Part shown: one piece after another, positions 36,620-47,307 of the stretch | Layout: every line of letters starts with the position of its first letter | Numbering within the stretch: position 1 is the stretch's first letter | Origin: Candidatus Limnocylindria bacterium | GTDB lineage: Bacteria > Chloroflexota > Limnocylindria > QHBO01 | Assembly (NCBI GenBank): GCA_036564495.1 | Contig: DATCOX010000028.1 | Span: 876-64,875, forward strand | DNA: 64,000 bases | Reading direction: 5' to 3' | Translations under genes and position numbers: made by a program | The notes under the pieces: generated by a model | The model's input: only the letters and a program-made list of their open reading frames with translations | Told to the model about the DNA's origin: nothing | Database searches by the model: none

Positions 36620-36634
36620 GCACGATCGGAGCCC

Positions 36635-37357
36635 ATGGCCAGTCCGCGGATCGACGAGCTGGGTGAGCGACTCGGAATCGTCCTGCGGGACCCGGAGGCC
36701 ATTCGCCAGGCGTTCGTCCACAGCTCCTTCCTCAACGAGAACCCGGGCGCAGCACCGGGGCACAACGAGCGCCTCGAATTTCTTGGCGATGCCGTCATCG
36801 GCCAGGTCGTCAGCCGCCTGCTCTACGACCGCTTTCCCGAGGAGGACGAGGGCCTCTTGACCGCCCGCCGCGCCGCGCTCGTGAACCGCGAGTCGCTGGC
36901 CGCCATCGCGCTGGAGCTTGGCCTCGACCGCTATGTGATGCTGGGGCGAGGCGAGGCCGGCACCGGGGGCGCGGCTCGTCCCTCCCTGCTGGCAGCCACC
37001 TTCGAGGCACTTGCCGGCGCGCTCTTCGTCCAGGAGGGGTTCGGGCGCACCCAGCGCTGGCTGCGCCGCATCTTCGGGGCGCTCGTCATCCCGAACAGCG
37101 GCGCCGAGCCCCCCAAGTCCGCCAAGAGCCGGCTCCAGGAGTGGACGCAGCGGCACCACCACCAGAAGCCGCGCTACGAGCTGGTCGAGGTCAGCGGGCC
37201 GTCGCATCGCCATGCCTTCACCGTCTCGGCGATCGTCGACGGGCGCCCGCTGGGGATGGGCCACGGGTCGAGCCGCCAACGCGCCGAGGAGGACGCGGCG
37301 GCGGCCACCCTCACCCAGCTGGTGGACCGATCGCCACCCCCCGGCGACGCGCTGTGA
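36635..37357 (+). CDS. rnc: Ribonuclease III
   Basis: RNase III signature ERLEFLGDAV plus C-terminal dsRBD. Confidence 0.9.
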   Translation: MASPRIDELGERLGIVLRDPEAIRQAFVHSSFLNENPGAAPGHNERLEFLGDAVIGQVVSRLLYDRFPEEDEGLLTARRAALVNRESLAAIALELGLDRYVMLGRGEAGTGGAARPSLLAATFEALAGALFVQEGFGRTQRWLRRIFGALVIPNSGAEPPKSAKSRLQEWTQRHHHQKPRYELVEVSGPSHRHAFTVSAIVDGRPLGMGHGSSRQRAEEDAAAATLTQLVDRSPPPGDAL

Positions 37358-40300
37358 GCCGTCTGAAGGAGCTGCGGCTTCACGGCTTCAAGACCTTCGC
37401 CGATCCGACGCGCTTCGTATTCGAGCGTGGAGTGACCGCGGTGATCGGTCCGAACGGATCGGGGAAGAGCAACATGGCCGATGCCGTACGCTGGGTCCTG
37501 GGCGAGCAGTCGAACCGCTCGCTCCGCACCCGCCGAGCCGACGACGTGATCTTCGCCGGCAGTGAGGCGCGCCGGCCGCAGGGGATGGCGGAGGCGATCC
37601 TGACCCTCGACAACAGCGACGGGTGGCTGCCGATCGACTTCAGGGAGGTCTCCATCGGCCGTCGTGCGTATCGGTCCGGCGAGACGGAGTACCTGATCAA
37701 CGGGGCTCGCAGCCGACTGCGTGACGTGGTCGAGCTGCTGGCGGGCGGCCGGCTCGGCGCCAACGAGCTGGTGGTGGTGGGGCAGGGGACCGTGGACGCC
37801 GCGCTCTCGCTCCGTCCGGAGGAGCGCCGCCAGCTCTTCGAGGAGGCGGCCGGCGTCAAGAACCTGCAGGTCCGCAAGAACGAGGCGCTCGGCCGCCTGG
37901 CTCGGGCTCGCGACAACCTGACCCGGGTCGGCGACCTCATCGGCGAGCTCAAGCCGCAGGTGCGCCGATTGGCGCAGCAGGCCCAGCACCAGCAGGAGCA
38001 CGACGCGCTGGGCATTCGGGCGCGGACCCTGGTCGTCGAGGTCCATCGCCGCCGGGAGCTCGCCGCGCGGACGGCCCTCGGCGAGGCGCGGCGACGGAAG
38101 GCCGCGGCCGACGCCGCCCTCGAGGCGCTCCGCTCGGAGGAGGCGGTCGGTCGCGACGCGATCGCGGCCGCCGAAGCGGCCTACTGGACCGCGGAGTCGG
38201 CGGCCCGCGACGCATCCGAGCGGCGAGAGGCTGCCCGCGAGGCGCTCATCCGCGCGGAGGCACGGGCCGATGCCGCGGCTCGCAGCTACGACGACCTCGC
38301 GGCAGGCATCGCGCGATCGCAGAACGAGCTCGACGGCATCGAGCGGACGCTGGCGGCGGCAGCGCCAACGACGGTTTCGGATGCGGAGGCGACATGGGAA
38401 GCGGCCAGGCAGGCAGAGCGCCTCTGGCGGTCGGCGGCCGAGGTCTTCGATGCGGCCGATCGCGCCGCGCTTGCCGCCGAGGAGGCGCTGGCCGCCGCGC
38501 GGGCGCGCGCCGGGACCTCGATCGCCGAGGCGGCACGCCGGGACGAGGCCTTGGCGCGCGCCACGATGCGCGCCGAGCGGATCCAGGAGGAGCTGCATGA
38601 GGCGGTAGAGGCGACGCGGCAGTCCGAGGAGGCGGTCGAGACAGCGGCGGCCGACCTTCAGCGCGCGCTGGCGGCCGAGGCTGACGCCATCGGGCTCTCG
38701 GACGCGACGGCCCTGGCCAGCGACGACGCGCAGAAGCGGGCCGACGACGCCCGCGCGCAGGCGACGGCCCTTGCAGAACGCGCCGGAGGGCTGCGCGCCG
38801 AGCTCGAATCGCTGCTCGAGCGGGCGGAGAGCGGCTCGCGGCTGGGATCGAGGCTTGCCAGCGCCGGCTGGCGCCGCCTGATGGACGCGATCAATCCTCC
38901 GCGCGAGGCATGGCCGGCGATCGAGGCGCTGGTCGGCGGCGAGCTTGAGCAGGCGCTCCTGTGGAAGGATGGCCTCGCCGTCGTCCACGCCGCCGATGCC
39001 CGTGGATCGGCTCGCCTGCTGACCGGCGACGTTCCCGCGGACGATTCGGGACGGGCGGCCGCGCTCCAGGCGGTGGGGGCTTCCACGACCGTCGCCGACT
39101 GGATCGGCCTCTCCTCGGCACCACGACTCTTTGCGCGCGCCGCCCTGGCCCCGGACCTCGCGGCACTCCTGTCCGGCTGGCGGGCGCTCCCACCCGGGTG
39201 GTGCGCCGTGACGCCCGACGGGGACCTCGCCGACGAGCGCGGGCTGGTGGTGGTCCGCGGTCGCGCCGATGAGGCAGCCGGCGAGGCGGCGCGGCGGCAC
39301 GCCCGTCGTCGCGAGCTGGGGGGGCTCGTCGAGGAGCTCGACCGCCACGCGGCCGCCGCCGGCGAGACTGCCGGCCAGGCGCTGGTCGCCGCTTCCGAGA
39401 CTCGCAGGGAGCGCGAGGAGGCGTTCGGCGTGCGGTCCGAGGCCGAGCTGCGTGCATCGCTCAGTCGAGCGGCCCACGCGCTGGCTGCCGAGAGCCTCGA
39501 GCGCGCGCGTGAGATGGAGCGCGCCCTGACCGCCGAGTTGGCGACCGCTCAGGTGCCAGAAACGGTCGTGGCCGGAGCCGTGCCGCCGTCGCCAGACGTG
39601 AAGCTCGCGACGCTCGAGGCAGCCGCCGCGGCGGCCCAGCGGGATCGCGAAGCGCGCGCGGCGCAACGTGATGAGCTCCGCGCGGCATGGCAGGAGGCGC
39701 AGGCGGCGGCCAACGCCAGCGACGCCGGGCAACGCGGGGCGCCCCTCGAGCGCGCGATCCTCGCCGCGCGGCGCGACCAGATCAGCGCGGCACTGGCCGC
39801 CGATCGCGAGGCCCTGGCCGCCCGGGAGCGGGAGCGCGGTGCCGGCTCGCATGACGCTGCCGCTGCCGCGGCTGCGGTGGAGGCGGCAACCGCAGAGCGC
39901 GACGCGGCCGACGCTGAGCGCGATCGGGTACGGGGCGATCTCCTGGAGCGCGAACGGGCGAGGGGCGGCGCGGCGGCGCGCCAGGCCGAGCTCGAGCGTG
40001 ACGTCCAATCCGCGGCGCTCGAAGCGCAGCGGCAGGAGGACGAGCTGGTCGCCATCGGCCGCGAGCGGGATCTTGCGATTGAGTCGCTCCCCGCCGCCGA
40101 TCGATCAGAGGCCGTGGGCGAGCCTCCGTCCACCGCGGAGATCGACGCGGGGGCACCACTCGAGACGATCCAGGAGGAGCTGGGCCGGGTTCGGCGCACG
40201 CTGTCGCAGATCGGCTCGGTGAACCCATTCGCGATCGATGAGCATCGCGAGCTGGCGGAGCGCCTCGAGACGCTGGTTCGGCAGGACGCCGACCTGGTTG

Positions 40301-40830
40301 CCGCCAGCTCCTCGACCGAGCAGCTGATCGCACGCCTCGACGCCGAGATCGCCGACCAGTTCAACGCCGCGTTCGTCGCCATCGGAGCCAAGTTCGACGA
40401 GTTCTGCCGCCTCCTCTTCGCCGGCGGATCGGCCTCGCTGCAGATGAGCGACGCGGATGGTGAGGCGCCCGGCGGGATCGAGATCGCGGTTCAGCCGCCG
40501 GGCAAGCGGTCGCAGCGCCTGGCGATGCTCTCCGGTGGCGAACGCGCGCTGGCCGGGGTGGCCCTGCTCTTCGCCATGCTGAGCGTGAACCCGGTCCCGT
40601 TCTGCATCCTCGACGAGGTGGACGCAGCGCTCGACGAGGCGAACATCGGCCGATTCGCCGACGCTCTGCGCCTCCTGGCACAGACGATCGACTTCGTGGT
40701 GATCACGCACAACCGGGCGACGATCGAGACTGCCGACACGATCTACGGCGTGACGATGACCGATGCCGCCGTGTCACGGCTCCTCTCGCTGCGCCTTGCC
40801 GACCTGCCGGTCGAGGTGGCGGTCTCCTGA
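37354..40830 (+). CDS. smc: Chromosome partition protein Smc
   Basis: N-terminal Walker A GPNGSGKSN, long coiled coils, hinge, C-terminal LSGGERALAGVALLFAM signature and DE Walker B. Confidence 0.9.
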   Translation: MSRLKELRLHGFKTFADPTRFVFERGVTAVIGPNGSGKSNMADAVRWVLGEQSNRSLRTRRADDVIFAGSEARRPQGMAEAILTLDNSDGWLPIDFREVSIGRRAYRSGETEYLINGARSRLRDVVELLAGGRLGANELVVVGQGTVDAALSLRPEERRQLFEEAAGVKNLQVRKNEALGRLARARDNLTRVGDLIGELKPQVRRLAQQAQHQQEHDALGIRARTLVVEVHRRRELAARTALGEARRRKAAADAALEALRSEEAVGRDAIAAAEAAYWTAESAARDASERREAAREALIRAEARADAAARSYDDLAAGIARSQNELDGIERTLAAAAPTTVSDAEATWEAARQAERLWRSAAEVFDAADRAALAAEEALAAARARAGTSIAEAARRDEALARATMRAERIQEELHEAVEATRQSEEAVETAAADLQRALAAEADAIGLSDATALASDDAQKRADDARAQATALAERAGGLRAELESLLERAESGSRLGSRLASAGWRRLMDAINPPREAWPAIEALVGGELEQALLWKDGLAVVHAADARGSARLLTGDVPADDSGRAAALQAVGASTTVADWIGLSSAPRLFARAALAPDLAALLSGWRALPPGWCAVTPDGDLADERGLVVVRGRADEAAGEAARRHARRRELGGLVEELDRHAAAAGETAGQALVAASETRREREEAFGVRSEAELRASLSRAAHALAAESLERAREMERALTAELATAQVPETVVAGAVPPSPDVKLATLEAAAAAAQRDREARAAQRDELRAAWQEAQAAANASDAGQRGAPLERAILAARRDQISAALAADREALAARERERGAGSHDAAAAAAAVEAATAERDAADAERDRVRGDLLERERARGGAAARQAELERDVQSAALEAQRQEDELVAIGRERDLAIESLPAADRSEAVGEPPSTAEIDAGAPLETIQEELGRVRRTLSQIGSVNPFAIDEHRELAERLETLVRQDADLVAASSSTEQLIARLDAEIADQFNAAFVAIGAKFDEFCRLLFAGGSASLQMSDADGEAPGGIEIAVQPPGKRSQRLAMLSGGERALAGVALLFAMLSVNPVPFCILDEVDAALDEANIGRFADALRLLAQTIDFVVITHNRATIETADTIYGVTMTDAAVSRLLSLRLADLPVEVAVS

Positions 40831-41738
40831 TGCAACGCCCGCGGCGCGAGCCGACGGGCCTTGGGCTACGGCCACGGCCCGGCGGGCTCGGGAGCCGCTT
40901 GCGTGCGCTGCTGGGACTCGCCTCCGTAAGCGCTGCCACTTGGGACGAGCTGGAGGAGGCGCTCGTCGCCGCCGACGTGGGCGCCGAGACCACGGCGAGC
41001 CTCCTGGCCGCGACCCAGGAGCGGGCCGGCGCGTCGGCGAGCGGCGAGACCGTGCGCGGGGCGCTGGCGGATGAGATCCGCGCGCGCCTGGAGCGCGTCG
41101 GGAGCGGCACCTTCGAGATCGGTCCGGCCCCCGCCGTGATGCTGGTGGTCGGCGTGAACGGCTCGGGCAAGACGACCACGATCGCCAAGCTGGCCGCGCG
41201 CTTCGTGCGCGACGGCCGCAGCGTGGTCCTGGCCGCAGCCGACACCTTCCGTGCCGCCGCCATCGAGCAGCTCCGGCTGTGGGGCGAGCAGGTCGGCGTG
41301 CCCGTGATCGCGCAGCGTCCGGGCGCCGACCCGGGCGCCGTAGCATTCGACGCCCTGGCGGCCGCGGAGTCGCGCGGGATCGACGTCGTCATCGTCGACA
41401 CCGCCGGGCGGCTGCAGAACAAAGTGCAGCTGATGGCCGAGCTGGCCAAGATCCGGCGGGTGATCGAGCGTCGCCTGCCGGACCAGCCGCGCCACGTCCT
41501 CCTCGTCCTCGACGCGACGACCGGCCAGAACGGCCTCTCCCAGGCGGAGGCGTTCAGCCGCGAGGCAGGCGTCACCGGGATCGTCCTGACGAAGCTGGAC
41601 GGCACGTCGAAGGGCGGCATCGCGGTGGCCATCGCCGATCGGCTCGGCCTGCCGATCGTCTTCGCCGGGGTCGGCGAGGAGCTCGACTCGCTCGCTCCGT
41701 TCGATCCGCAGGCCTACGTGGAGTGGCTGCTGAGCTGA
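40830..41738 (+). CDS. ftsY: Signal recognition particle receptor FtsY (short form: NG domain only)
   Basis: GVNGSGKTTT, DTAGR, TKLDG motifs; no extended acidic A domain. Confidence 0.9.
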   Translation: MQRPRREPTGLGLRPRPGGLGSRLRALLGLASVSAATWDELEEALVAADVGAETTASLLAATQERAGASASGETVRGALADEIRARLERVGSGTFEIGPAPAVMLVVGVNGSGKTTTIAKLAARFVRDGRSVVLAAADTFRAAAIEQLRLWGEQVGVPVIAQRPGADPGAVAFDALAAAESRGIDVVIVDTAGRLQNKVQLMAELAKIRRVIERRLPDQPRHVLLVLDATTGQNGLSQAEAFSREAGVTGIVLTKLDGTSKGGIAVAIADRLGLPIVFAGVGEELDSLAPFDPQAYVEWLLS

Positions 41739-41825
41739 TTGCTGCCCGCTGCCGGCCCGCCTAGAATGGGCAGCCGTCTCGCGCGGCCGCCGGCCATCGC
41801 GATGAGAACCCGCATCGGTCCATCC

Positions 41826-43163
41826 ATGTTCGAATCGCTCTCCGCACGCCTGCAGGGCGTCGTCGATCGCCTGCGGGGCAAGGCCAAGATCACCGAGGCC
41901 GACCTCGATGTGGCGCTGCGCGAGATTCGGCTCGCCCTGCTCGAGGCGGACGTCAACTTCCGAGTCGTTAAGGACTTCGTCGCCCGCGTCCGTGAGCGTG
42001 CCCTGGGCGCCGACGTGCTGACCGGAGTCAATCCCGGCCAGCAGGTTGTGAAGGCGGTCCACGACGAGCTGGTGGAGATCCTCGGCGGCGAGCGTCACCT
42101 CCTGCGGCTCGATGGCACGCCGAGCCTCGTGATGCTGGTCGGCCTGCAGGGATCCGGGAAGACGACGACCGCGGCCAAGCTTGCCGTGCGGCTGCGCCGG
42201 GACGGACACCGGCCGCTTCTGGTGGCGGCTGACGTCTATCGGCCGGCGGCGGTGGACCAGCTCGTGTCGCTCGGCGACCAGGTCGGGGTGGAGGTCCATA
42301 CCCGACCGGCGGGGACGCCCGCGCTTGAGATCGCTCGCTCCGGCATGGAGCAGGCCAAGCAGCGTGGCCTCGACGTGGTCCTGCTCGACACCGCGGGGCG
42401 CCTCCACGTGGATGAGCCGATGATGGACGAGCTCGTCCGCCTCGCCGGCGCGGTCACGCCGGCGGAGACCCTGCTCGTCGTGGATGCCATGACCGGCCAG
42501 GACGCGGTCAAGGTGGCCGAGGCGTTTCATCATCGACTGCCGCTCACGGCGCTGATCCTGACCAAGATGGATGGCGACGCGCGCGGAGGCGCGGCGCTCA
42601 GCATCAGGAGCGTCACCGGCCTGCCGATCGCCTTCATCGGCACCGGCGAGCGGACCGATGGGCTCGAGCCGTTCCATCCCGATCGCCTCGCGCAGCGGAT
42701 CCTCGGCATGGGGGACATCCTCTCGCTCGTCGAGCGCGCGCAGGAGACGGTCGACCAGGCAGAGGCGGAACGCGTCGCCCAGCGACTGATGGATTCGCGC
42801 TTCACGCTCGACGACTTCCGGAGCCAGCTGGCCCAGGTCAAGAAGATGGGGCCGATCGGACAGCTGCTCGGCATGATCCCGGGCGCTGGCCAGCTGGCCG
42901 GTGCCGCGCAGCAGGCGGTCGATGACGGCCAGCTCAAGCGGATCGAGGCGATCATCGATTCGATGACGGCGGGCGAGCGGCGCCACCCCGAGCTGATCAA
43001 GGCCAGCCGCCGGCGCCGCATCGCGGCCGGCAGCGGGACGACTCCGGCGGATGTGAACCGGCTTCTCAAGCAGTTCAGCGAGATGCAACGCCTGATGCGC
43101 CAGCTCGGCTCGGGGCGGCTGCCGCGGAGCGCGGGCGGGCTGCGCAGCATCCTGGGCGGCTAG
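41826..43163 (+). CDS. ffh: Signal recognition particle protein Ffh
   Basis: NG domain (GLQGSGKTTT, DTAGR, TKMDGDARGG) plus Met-rich M domain. Confidence 0.9.
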   Translation: MFESLSARLQGVVDRLRGKAKITEADLDVALREIRLALLEADVNFRVVKDFVARVRERALGADVLTGVNPGQQVVKAVHDELVEILGGERHLLRLDGTPSLVMLVGLQGSGKTTTAAKLAVRLRRDGHRPLLVAADVYRPAAVDQLVSLGDQVGVEVHTRPAGTPALEIARSGMEQAKQRGLDVVLLDTAGRLHVDEPMMDELVRLAGAVTPAETLLVVDAMTGQDAVKVAEAFHHRLPLTALILTKMDGDARGGAALSIRSVTGLPIAFIGTGERTDGLEPFHPDRLAQRILGMGDILSLVERAQETVDQAEAERVAQRLMDSRFTLDDFRSQLAQVKKMGPIGQLLGMIPGAGQLAGAAQQAVDDGQLKRIEAIIDSMTAGERRHPELIKASRRRRIAAGSGTTPADVNRLLKQFSEMQRLMRQLGSGRLPRSAGGLRSILGG

Positions 43164-43168
43164 CCGGC

Positions 43169-44722
43169 ATGCGGCGCCTCGTCGTCGCCATCACCGCGTT
43201 GCTCGTCGCGCTCATGGGAGCCGTGGTGGGGGGCTACCTGCTCCTCTTCTCGGCCTCCGCCGATCGAGCGGCGCGGGCGGTCCCTGACGATGCGGCGGTC
43301 TACGTCAACGTCTACCTGCAGCCGTCCGCCGGCCAGCAGCTGAACCTCTTCGGGCTGCTCGGCCAGCTGCGGGGCTTCGGGGACCCGGCCGCGCTCGGCG
43401 AGAAGATCGACGAGGTCGCCCAGCGGCTTCTGGGCCAGGCGAGGATCGACTACGCAGCCGACCTGCGGCCGTGGCTCGGGGCCCAGGTCGCCGTCGCAGC
43501 CGCGCCGGCCGTAGGCGGAGGGGCCCTACAGCTCCTCGTGCTGGCCGCCGTCAAGGATGCAGCCGCGGCTCGTGCGGCGCTGCCACGCGTCTTCGCGTCG
43601 ATCGGCTTGACCCTCACCAAGGAGACGTACCGCGGCCACGAGGTGATGACCGGCCAGGCGGCGAGCTATGCGCTGCTCGACGGCCTGCTTGTCGTCGCGA
43701 ACACCCCGGAACGATTGCGCGCCGCCATCGACGCGGACGCCGACGTGGCCCCGTCGCTGGCCGACCGCCCCGAGTTCGCGGCCGCCATGCGCCAGGTGGC
43801 GAGCGATCACCTCGCCTCCGTCTGGGTCGACCTGCCAGGGTTGGCTGGGCTCGGGCGCGGCACGCTGCTCGGTGGCTACGGAGCGGCGGCGCTGGCCGTC
43901 ACCGCCGAGGCGGATGGCCTGCATCTGGGCGGGACGGCGATCTTCGACGCACGGGCGGCCAGCAACGATGCCCGCGCCGCGTTCAAGCTCGGAGTGGAGA
44001 CGTCGAGCCTGGCGGCCTGGATGCCGCGTACGACGAGCGCCGAGCTCAGCCTGTTCGGACTGGCGCAGAGCTTTGCCGACCTCGAGGCGGCCTTGAGCGC
44101 GGACGCCGCATTCCGTCCCGCCGCGGACGCCCTGAACCAACTGCGTGCCATCGCCAGCCTCGGTCTCGGCATCAACATCGATCGCGACCTGCTGCCACTC
44201 TTTGATGGTGAGGCGGCTCTCGCGATCGAGCGCGTCGCGGCGGACGGTCCGCACGGCGACTTGATCCTTCATCCCGCGGATTCGGCAGCCGCCCACCAGG
44301 GCCTCGAGCGCGTGCGGAGCGCACTCGCCAGCCGCGGGTCGCAGACGAGCGCGCAACCGGTCGCGGGCACCTCGGTGACGACCATCGTCGTGCCGGGGAT
44401 CGGCTCGGTGGCCTACGCCGAGCTGGATGGGGTCGTGCTGATCGGCCTTGATGCGGACGATGTCGCGGCGGCGCTGGAGGCGCATGCCGCCGGAACCACG
44501 CTCGCCAGCGACGGTCGCTACGGGCGGCCATTCGAGCTCGCAGGGGGGCGCGCCGGCAACGAAGTCTGGGCCGATCTTGCGAGCCTGGCCGATGGCCTGG
44601 CCGGCATCTTCGACCTCGGAAGCGAACTTCGCGATATCCTCCACCAGATCGGCGAGCTGGCGATCAGCGCATCGGTCAACGACGATCGGCTGGAGATCAA
44701 CGGCGTCCTGACCCTCAGATGA
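43169..44722 (+). CDS. DUF3352-like membrane-anchored hypothetical protein (517 aa)
   Basis: N-terminal TM/signal anchor, Ala-rich; conserved position after ffh. Confidence 0.55.
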   Translation: MRRLVVAITALLVALMGAVVGGYLLLFSASADRAARAVPDDAAVYVNVYLQPSAGQQLNLFGLLGQLRGFGDPAALGEKIDEVAQRLLGQARIDYAADLRPWLGAQVAVAAAPAVGGGALQLLVLAAVKDAAAARAALPRVFASIGLTLTKETYRGHEVMTGQAASYALLDGLLVVANTPERLRAAIDADADVAPSLADRPEFAAAMRQVASDHLASVWVDLPGLAGLGRGTLLGGYGAAALAVTAEADGLHLGGTAIFDARAASNDARAAFKLGVETSSLAAWMPRTTSAELSLFGLAQSFADLEAALSADAAFRPAADALNQLRAIASLGLGINIDRDLLPLFDGEAALAIERVAADGPHGDLILHPADSAAAHQGLERVRSALASRGSQTSAQPVAGTSVTTIVVPGIGSVAYAELDGVVLIGLDADDVAAALEAHAAGTTLASDGRYGRPFELAGGRAGNEVWADLASLADGLAGIFDLGSELRDILHQIGELAISASVNDDRLEINGVLTLR

Positions 44723-44810
44723 GAGTCTGGCGGGCGAGCGCCATCGACGCATGAGCGCATTCGGATCGGCAGATCGCTGCCGCCACACAGCAGAGAGGTA
44801 GAGAAGACTC

Positions 44811-45260
44811 TTGGCAGTACGCATTCGGCTCTCGCGGGTGGGAGCCACCAAGCGGCCGAGCTATCGGGTGGTGGCCATCGACAGTCGCCGCCCGCGAGAC
44901 GGCCGCGCACTCGAGATCCTTGGTTTCTATGACCCGCTGACCAAGCCGGCGACGGTGCGGATCGACGCCGAGCGCCTCGCCGTGTGGGTGGGCAAGGGGG
45001 CATTGCCCTCTGACACGGTGGCGAAGCTGATCAAGCTGAATGGCAGCGTGCCGTCCGCCCAGCCAGCCGCCGCCGAAGCCCCGGCTCCCAAGCCGAAGCG
45101 CTCGCGCAAGGCGGTCGCCAAAGCGACGGCCAAGGCCACTGCTGCCGACGAGCCAGCTGCCGACGAGCCAGCTGCCGACGAGCCAGCTGCCGCCGCCCCA
45201 GCTGCCGCCGAGCCAGCTGCCGACGTTGAAGCGGCTCCGATTGCCGAGGCGACCGAGTGA
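44811..45260 (+). CDS. rpsP: 30S ribosomal protein S16 with C-terminal low-complexity (ADEPA)n extension
   Basis: MAVRIRLSRVGATKRPSYRVV...; TTG start; extension encoded by a 15-bp tandem repeat. Confidence 0.85.
   Translation: MAVRIRLSRVGATKRPSYRVVAIDSRRPRDGRALEILGFYDPLTKPATVRIDAERLAVWVGKGALPSDTVAKLIKLNGSVPSAQPAAAEAPAPKPKRSRKAVAKATAKATAADEPAADEPAADEPAAAAPAAAEPAADVEAAPIAEATE
45144..45230 (+). repeat. 15-bp tandem repeat (gccgacgagccagct) x about 5 within the rpsP 3' region
   Basis: Encodes AADEPAADEPAADEPAAAAPAAAEPAAD. Confidence 0.8.
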
Positions 45261-45493
45261 AGGCCTTCCTCGAGTATGTCGCGCGCTCCCTCGTCGACGA
45301 TCCGGACGCCGTCGTCGTCGAGATGAGCGAGGCCGACGACGAAGTCACGCTGACCCTCAAGGTGGGGGAGGGCGACATGGGCCGCATCATCGGCCGCGAC
45401 GGCCGCATCGCCAACGCCATCCGCAGCCTGCTCCGGGTGATGGGCGCGCGCGACGGCCGGCACGTCGAGCTGGAGATCGTCGGCGACGACTGA
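45257..45493 (+). CDS. KH-domain RNA-binding protein (UPF0109/YlqC-like)
   Basis: GRIIGRDGRIANAIR KH GXXG motif; conserved between rpsP and rimM. Confidence 0.85.
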   Translation: MKAFLEYVARSLVDDPDAVVVEMSEADDEVTLTLKVGEGDMGRIIGRDGRIANAIRSLLRVMGARDGRHVELEIVGDD

Positions 45494-45497
45494 GCGC

Positions 45498-45974
45498 CTG
45501 GCGGTTGCACGCGTCCTCGGTGCGAAGGGTCTCGCCGGCTCGCTGCGGATCGAGGCCCTCACCGACCACCCGGAGCGGCTGGCGCCCGGCGAGAAGCTCT
45601 GGGTCGAGGAAGAGGCCACCCCGCGGACAGTCGTCGAGATGGGCTGGGGCGGGCGCGTGCCGGTCCTGCGCCTGGAGGGGATCTCGGATCGCGCCACGGC
45701 AGAGCGTCTTGTCGGCCGCTACCTCGAGGCTCCCGCCCAGCCGCTGCCGGCGGACACGTACTACTGGCACCAGCTGATCGGCATGGCGGCCGTCGACGAG
45801 GCGGGAAACGAGCTGGGGACGGTCGTCGAGATCTTCCGCGCCGGCGAGAACGAGGTATACCGCATCGAGGGCCCGTCCGGGGAGCTGCTCGTTCCCGCCC
45901 TGCGCGACGTCGTGCGCACGATCGACCTCGCCGCGGGCCGGATGGTGGTCCGCTACGAGGCGGAGGAGCTCTGA
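45498..45974 (+). CDS. rimM: Ribosome maturation factor RimM; non-canonical start (no ATG/GTG/TTG in frame before the conserved N-terminus, CTG 45498 proposed)
   Basis: N-terminal [23 protein letters not shown] plus C-terminal PRC barrel; the frame opens at 45441 after a TGA. Confidence 0.7.
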   Translation: MAVARVLGAKGLAGSLRIEALTDHPERLAPGEKLWVEEEATPRTVVEMGWGGRVPVLRLEGISDRATAERLVGRYLEAPAQPLPADTYYWHQLIGMAAVDEAGNELGTVVEIFRAGENEVYRIEGPSGELLVPALRDVVRTIDLAAGRMVVRYEAEEL

Positions 45975-45979
45975 TCGCC

Positions 45980-46732
45980 ATGGGCCGATCTGGCGCGCTG
46001 CTTCGAATCGAGGTCGTCACCCTCTTCCCGGAGCTCTTCGACGCGCCGCTCCGAACCTCGGTGATCGGCCGTGCGGTGGAGCGGGGAATCCTGTTGGTGA
46101 CGCTTCATGACCTGCGCGAGCATGGCATCGGGCGGCATCGGGTGGTGGACGACGCCCCGTACGGCGGGGGAGCGGGAATGGTGATGCGCCCCGAACCGCT
46201 CTTCGCGGCGATCGAGCCGCTGCGCGTCGACGGCGCCCAGGTCATCCTGCTCGACCCCGCCGGGGAGCGACTGACCGACGCGCTGGCTCGGGAGCTGGCC
46301 GCCGCCCGGCACCTTGTGCTCGTCTGCGGCCGCTACGAGGGGATCGATGAGCGGGCGCGGGTCCTGGCGGATCGCGAGGTGAGCATCGGCGACTACGTCC
46401 TCACCGGCGGCGAGCTGCCGGCGCTCGTTCTGATCGACGCCGTGGGCCGCCTGGTCCCCGGTGTGATCGAGGCCGATTCGCACGAGGCCGACTCGTTTGC
46501 CGACGGGCTGCTGGAGGGACCCAGCTACACCCGCCCCGAGACCTTCCGGGGCGCATCGGTGCCGCCGGTGCTGTTGTCTGGCCACCACGCCGAAGTGGCG
46601 CGCTGGCGCCGGGTCGAGTCGCTGCGCCGGACGCTCGCCCGGCGGCCGGATCTGCTCGACCGCGCGGCGCTGACCGAGCAGGATCGGGGCGATCTGCGTC
46701 GCCTGGCCGAGGAGGATGACGGCCCCGCCTGA
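45980..46732 (+). CDS. trmD: tRNA (guanine37-N1)-methyltransferase
   Basis: SPOUT fold motifs ([25 protein letters not shown]). Confidence 0.9.
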   Translation: MGRSGALLRIEVVTLFPELFDAPLRTSVIGRAVERGILLVTLHDLREHGIGRHRVVDDAPYGGGAGMVMRPEPLFAAIEPLRVDGAQVILLDPAGERLTDALARELAAARHLVLVCGRYEGIDERARVLADREVSIGDYVLTGGELPALVLIDAVGRLVPGVIEADSHEADSFADGLLEGPSYTRPETFRGASVPPVLLSGHHAEVARWRRVESLRRTLARRPDLLDRAALTEQDRGDLRRLAEEDDGPA

Positions 46733-46762
46733 GCTGCGTTGTCGCCCGTCGGGAGCCGCTGT

Positions 46763-46768
46763 TATACT
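46763..46768 (+). promoter_or_regulatory. TATACT -10 box with a 113-nt leader upstream of rplS
   Basis: Rare AT hexamer; long leader typical of r-protein autoregulation. Confidence 0.3.
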
Positions 46769-46880
46769 CCGCCGGTCGCGGCCGTGCCTCGGTCGCGTTC
46801 GTCACGTTCGCGCCACCCTCAGGCGCAGCACCGAGCCGATCATCCGCGGCTAATGCCGCGATAACGAGGTCTCCCGCAGC

Positions 46881-47231
46881 ATGGATCCGATCAAGGAGCT
46901 CGAGCGCGAGCAGCTCCGCAGCGACGTTCCCGTGATCGCCCCAGGCGACACCGTCAAGGTGTCGGTCAAGGTCGTCGAGGGAAGCCGCGAGCGAATCCAG
47001 GTCTTCGAGGGGACGGTCATGCGACTGCGCGGCGGGGGATTGAACCAGCGCGTAACCGTCCGCCGCATCGCCTCCGGCGTCGGCGTCGAGCGGACGTTCA
47101 TGGTCCACGCACCACGGGTCGAGAAGATCGAGATCGTGCGCCACGGCGTCGCCCGCCGTGCCCAGCTCTACTTCCTGCGCGATCGCGTCGGGAAGTCAGC
47201 CACCCTCCGCGAGCGCCGACCCGGCCGCTGA
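46881..47231 (+). CDS. rplS: 50S ribosomal protein L19
   Basis: [13 protein letters not shown]...GDTVKV...ERIQVFEG. Confidence 0.9.
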   Translation: MDPIKELEREQLRSDVPVIAPGDTVKVSVKVVEGSRERIQVFEGTVMRLRGGGLNQRVTVRRIASGVGVERTFMVHAPRVEKIEIVRHGVARRAQLYFLRDRVGKSATLRERRPGR

Positions 47232-47307
47232 GCCGGTGCACGGGCAGCTCTTCGAATCTCCTCCCCGCCGCGCCAAGCGGCGCCCCTCCCGCCCGCGTGA
47301 CGCCCAC

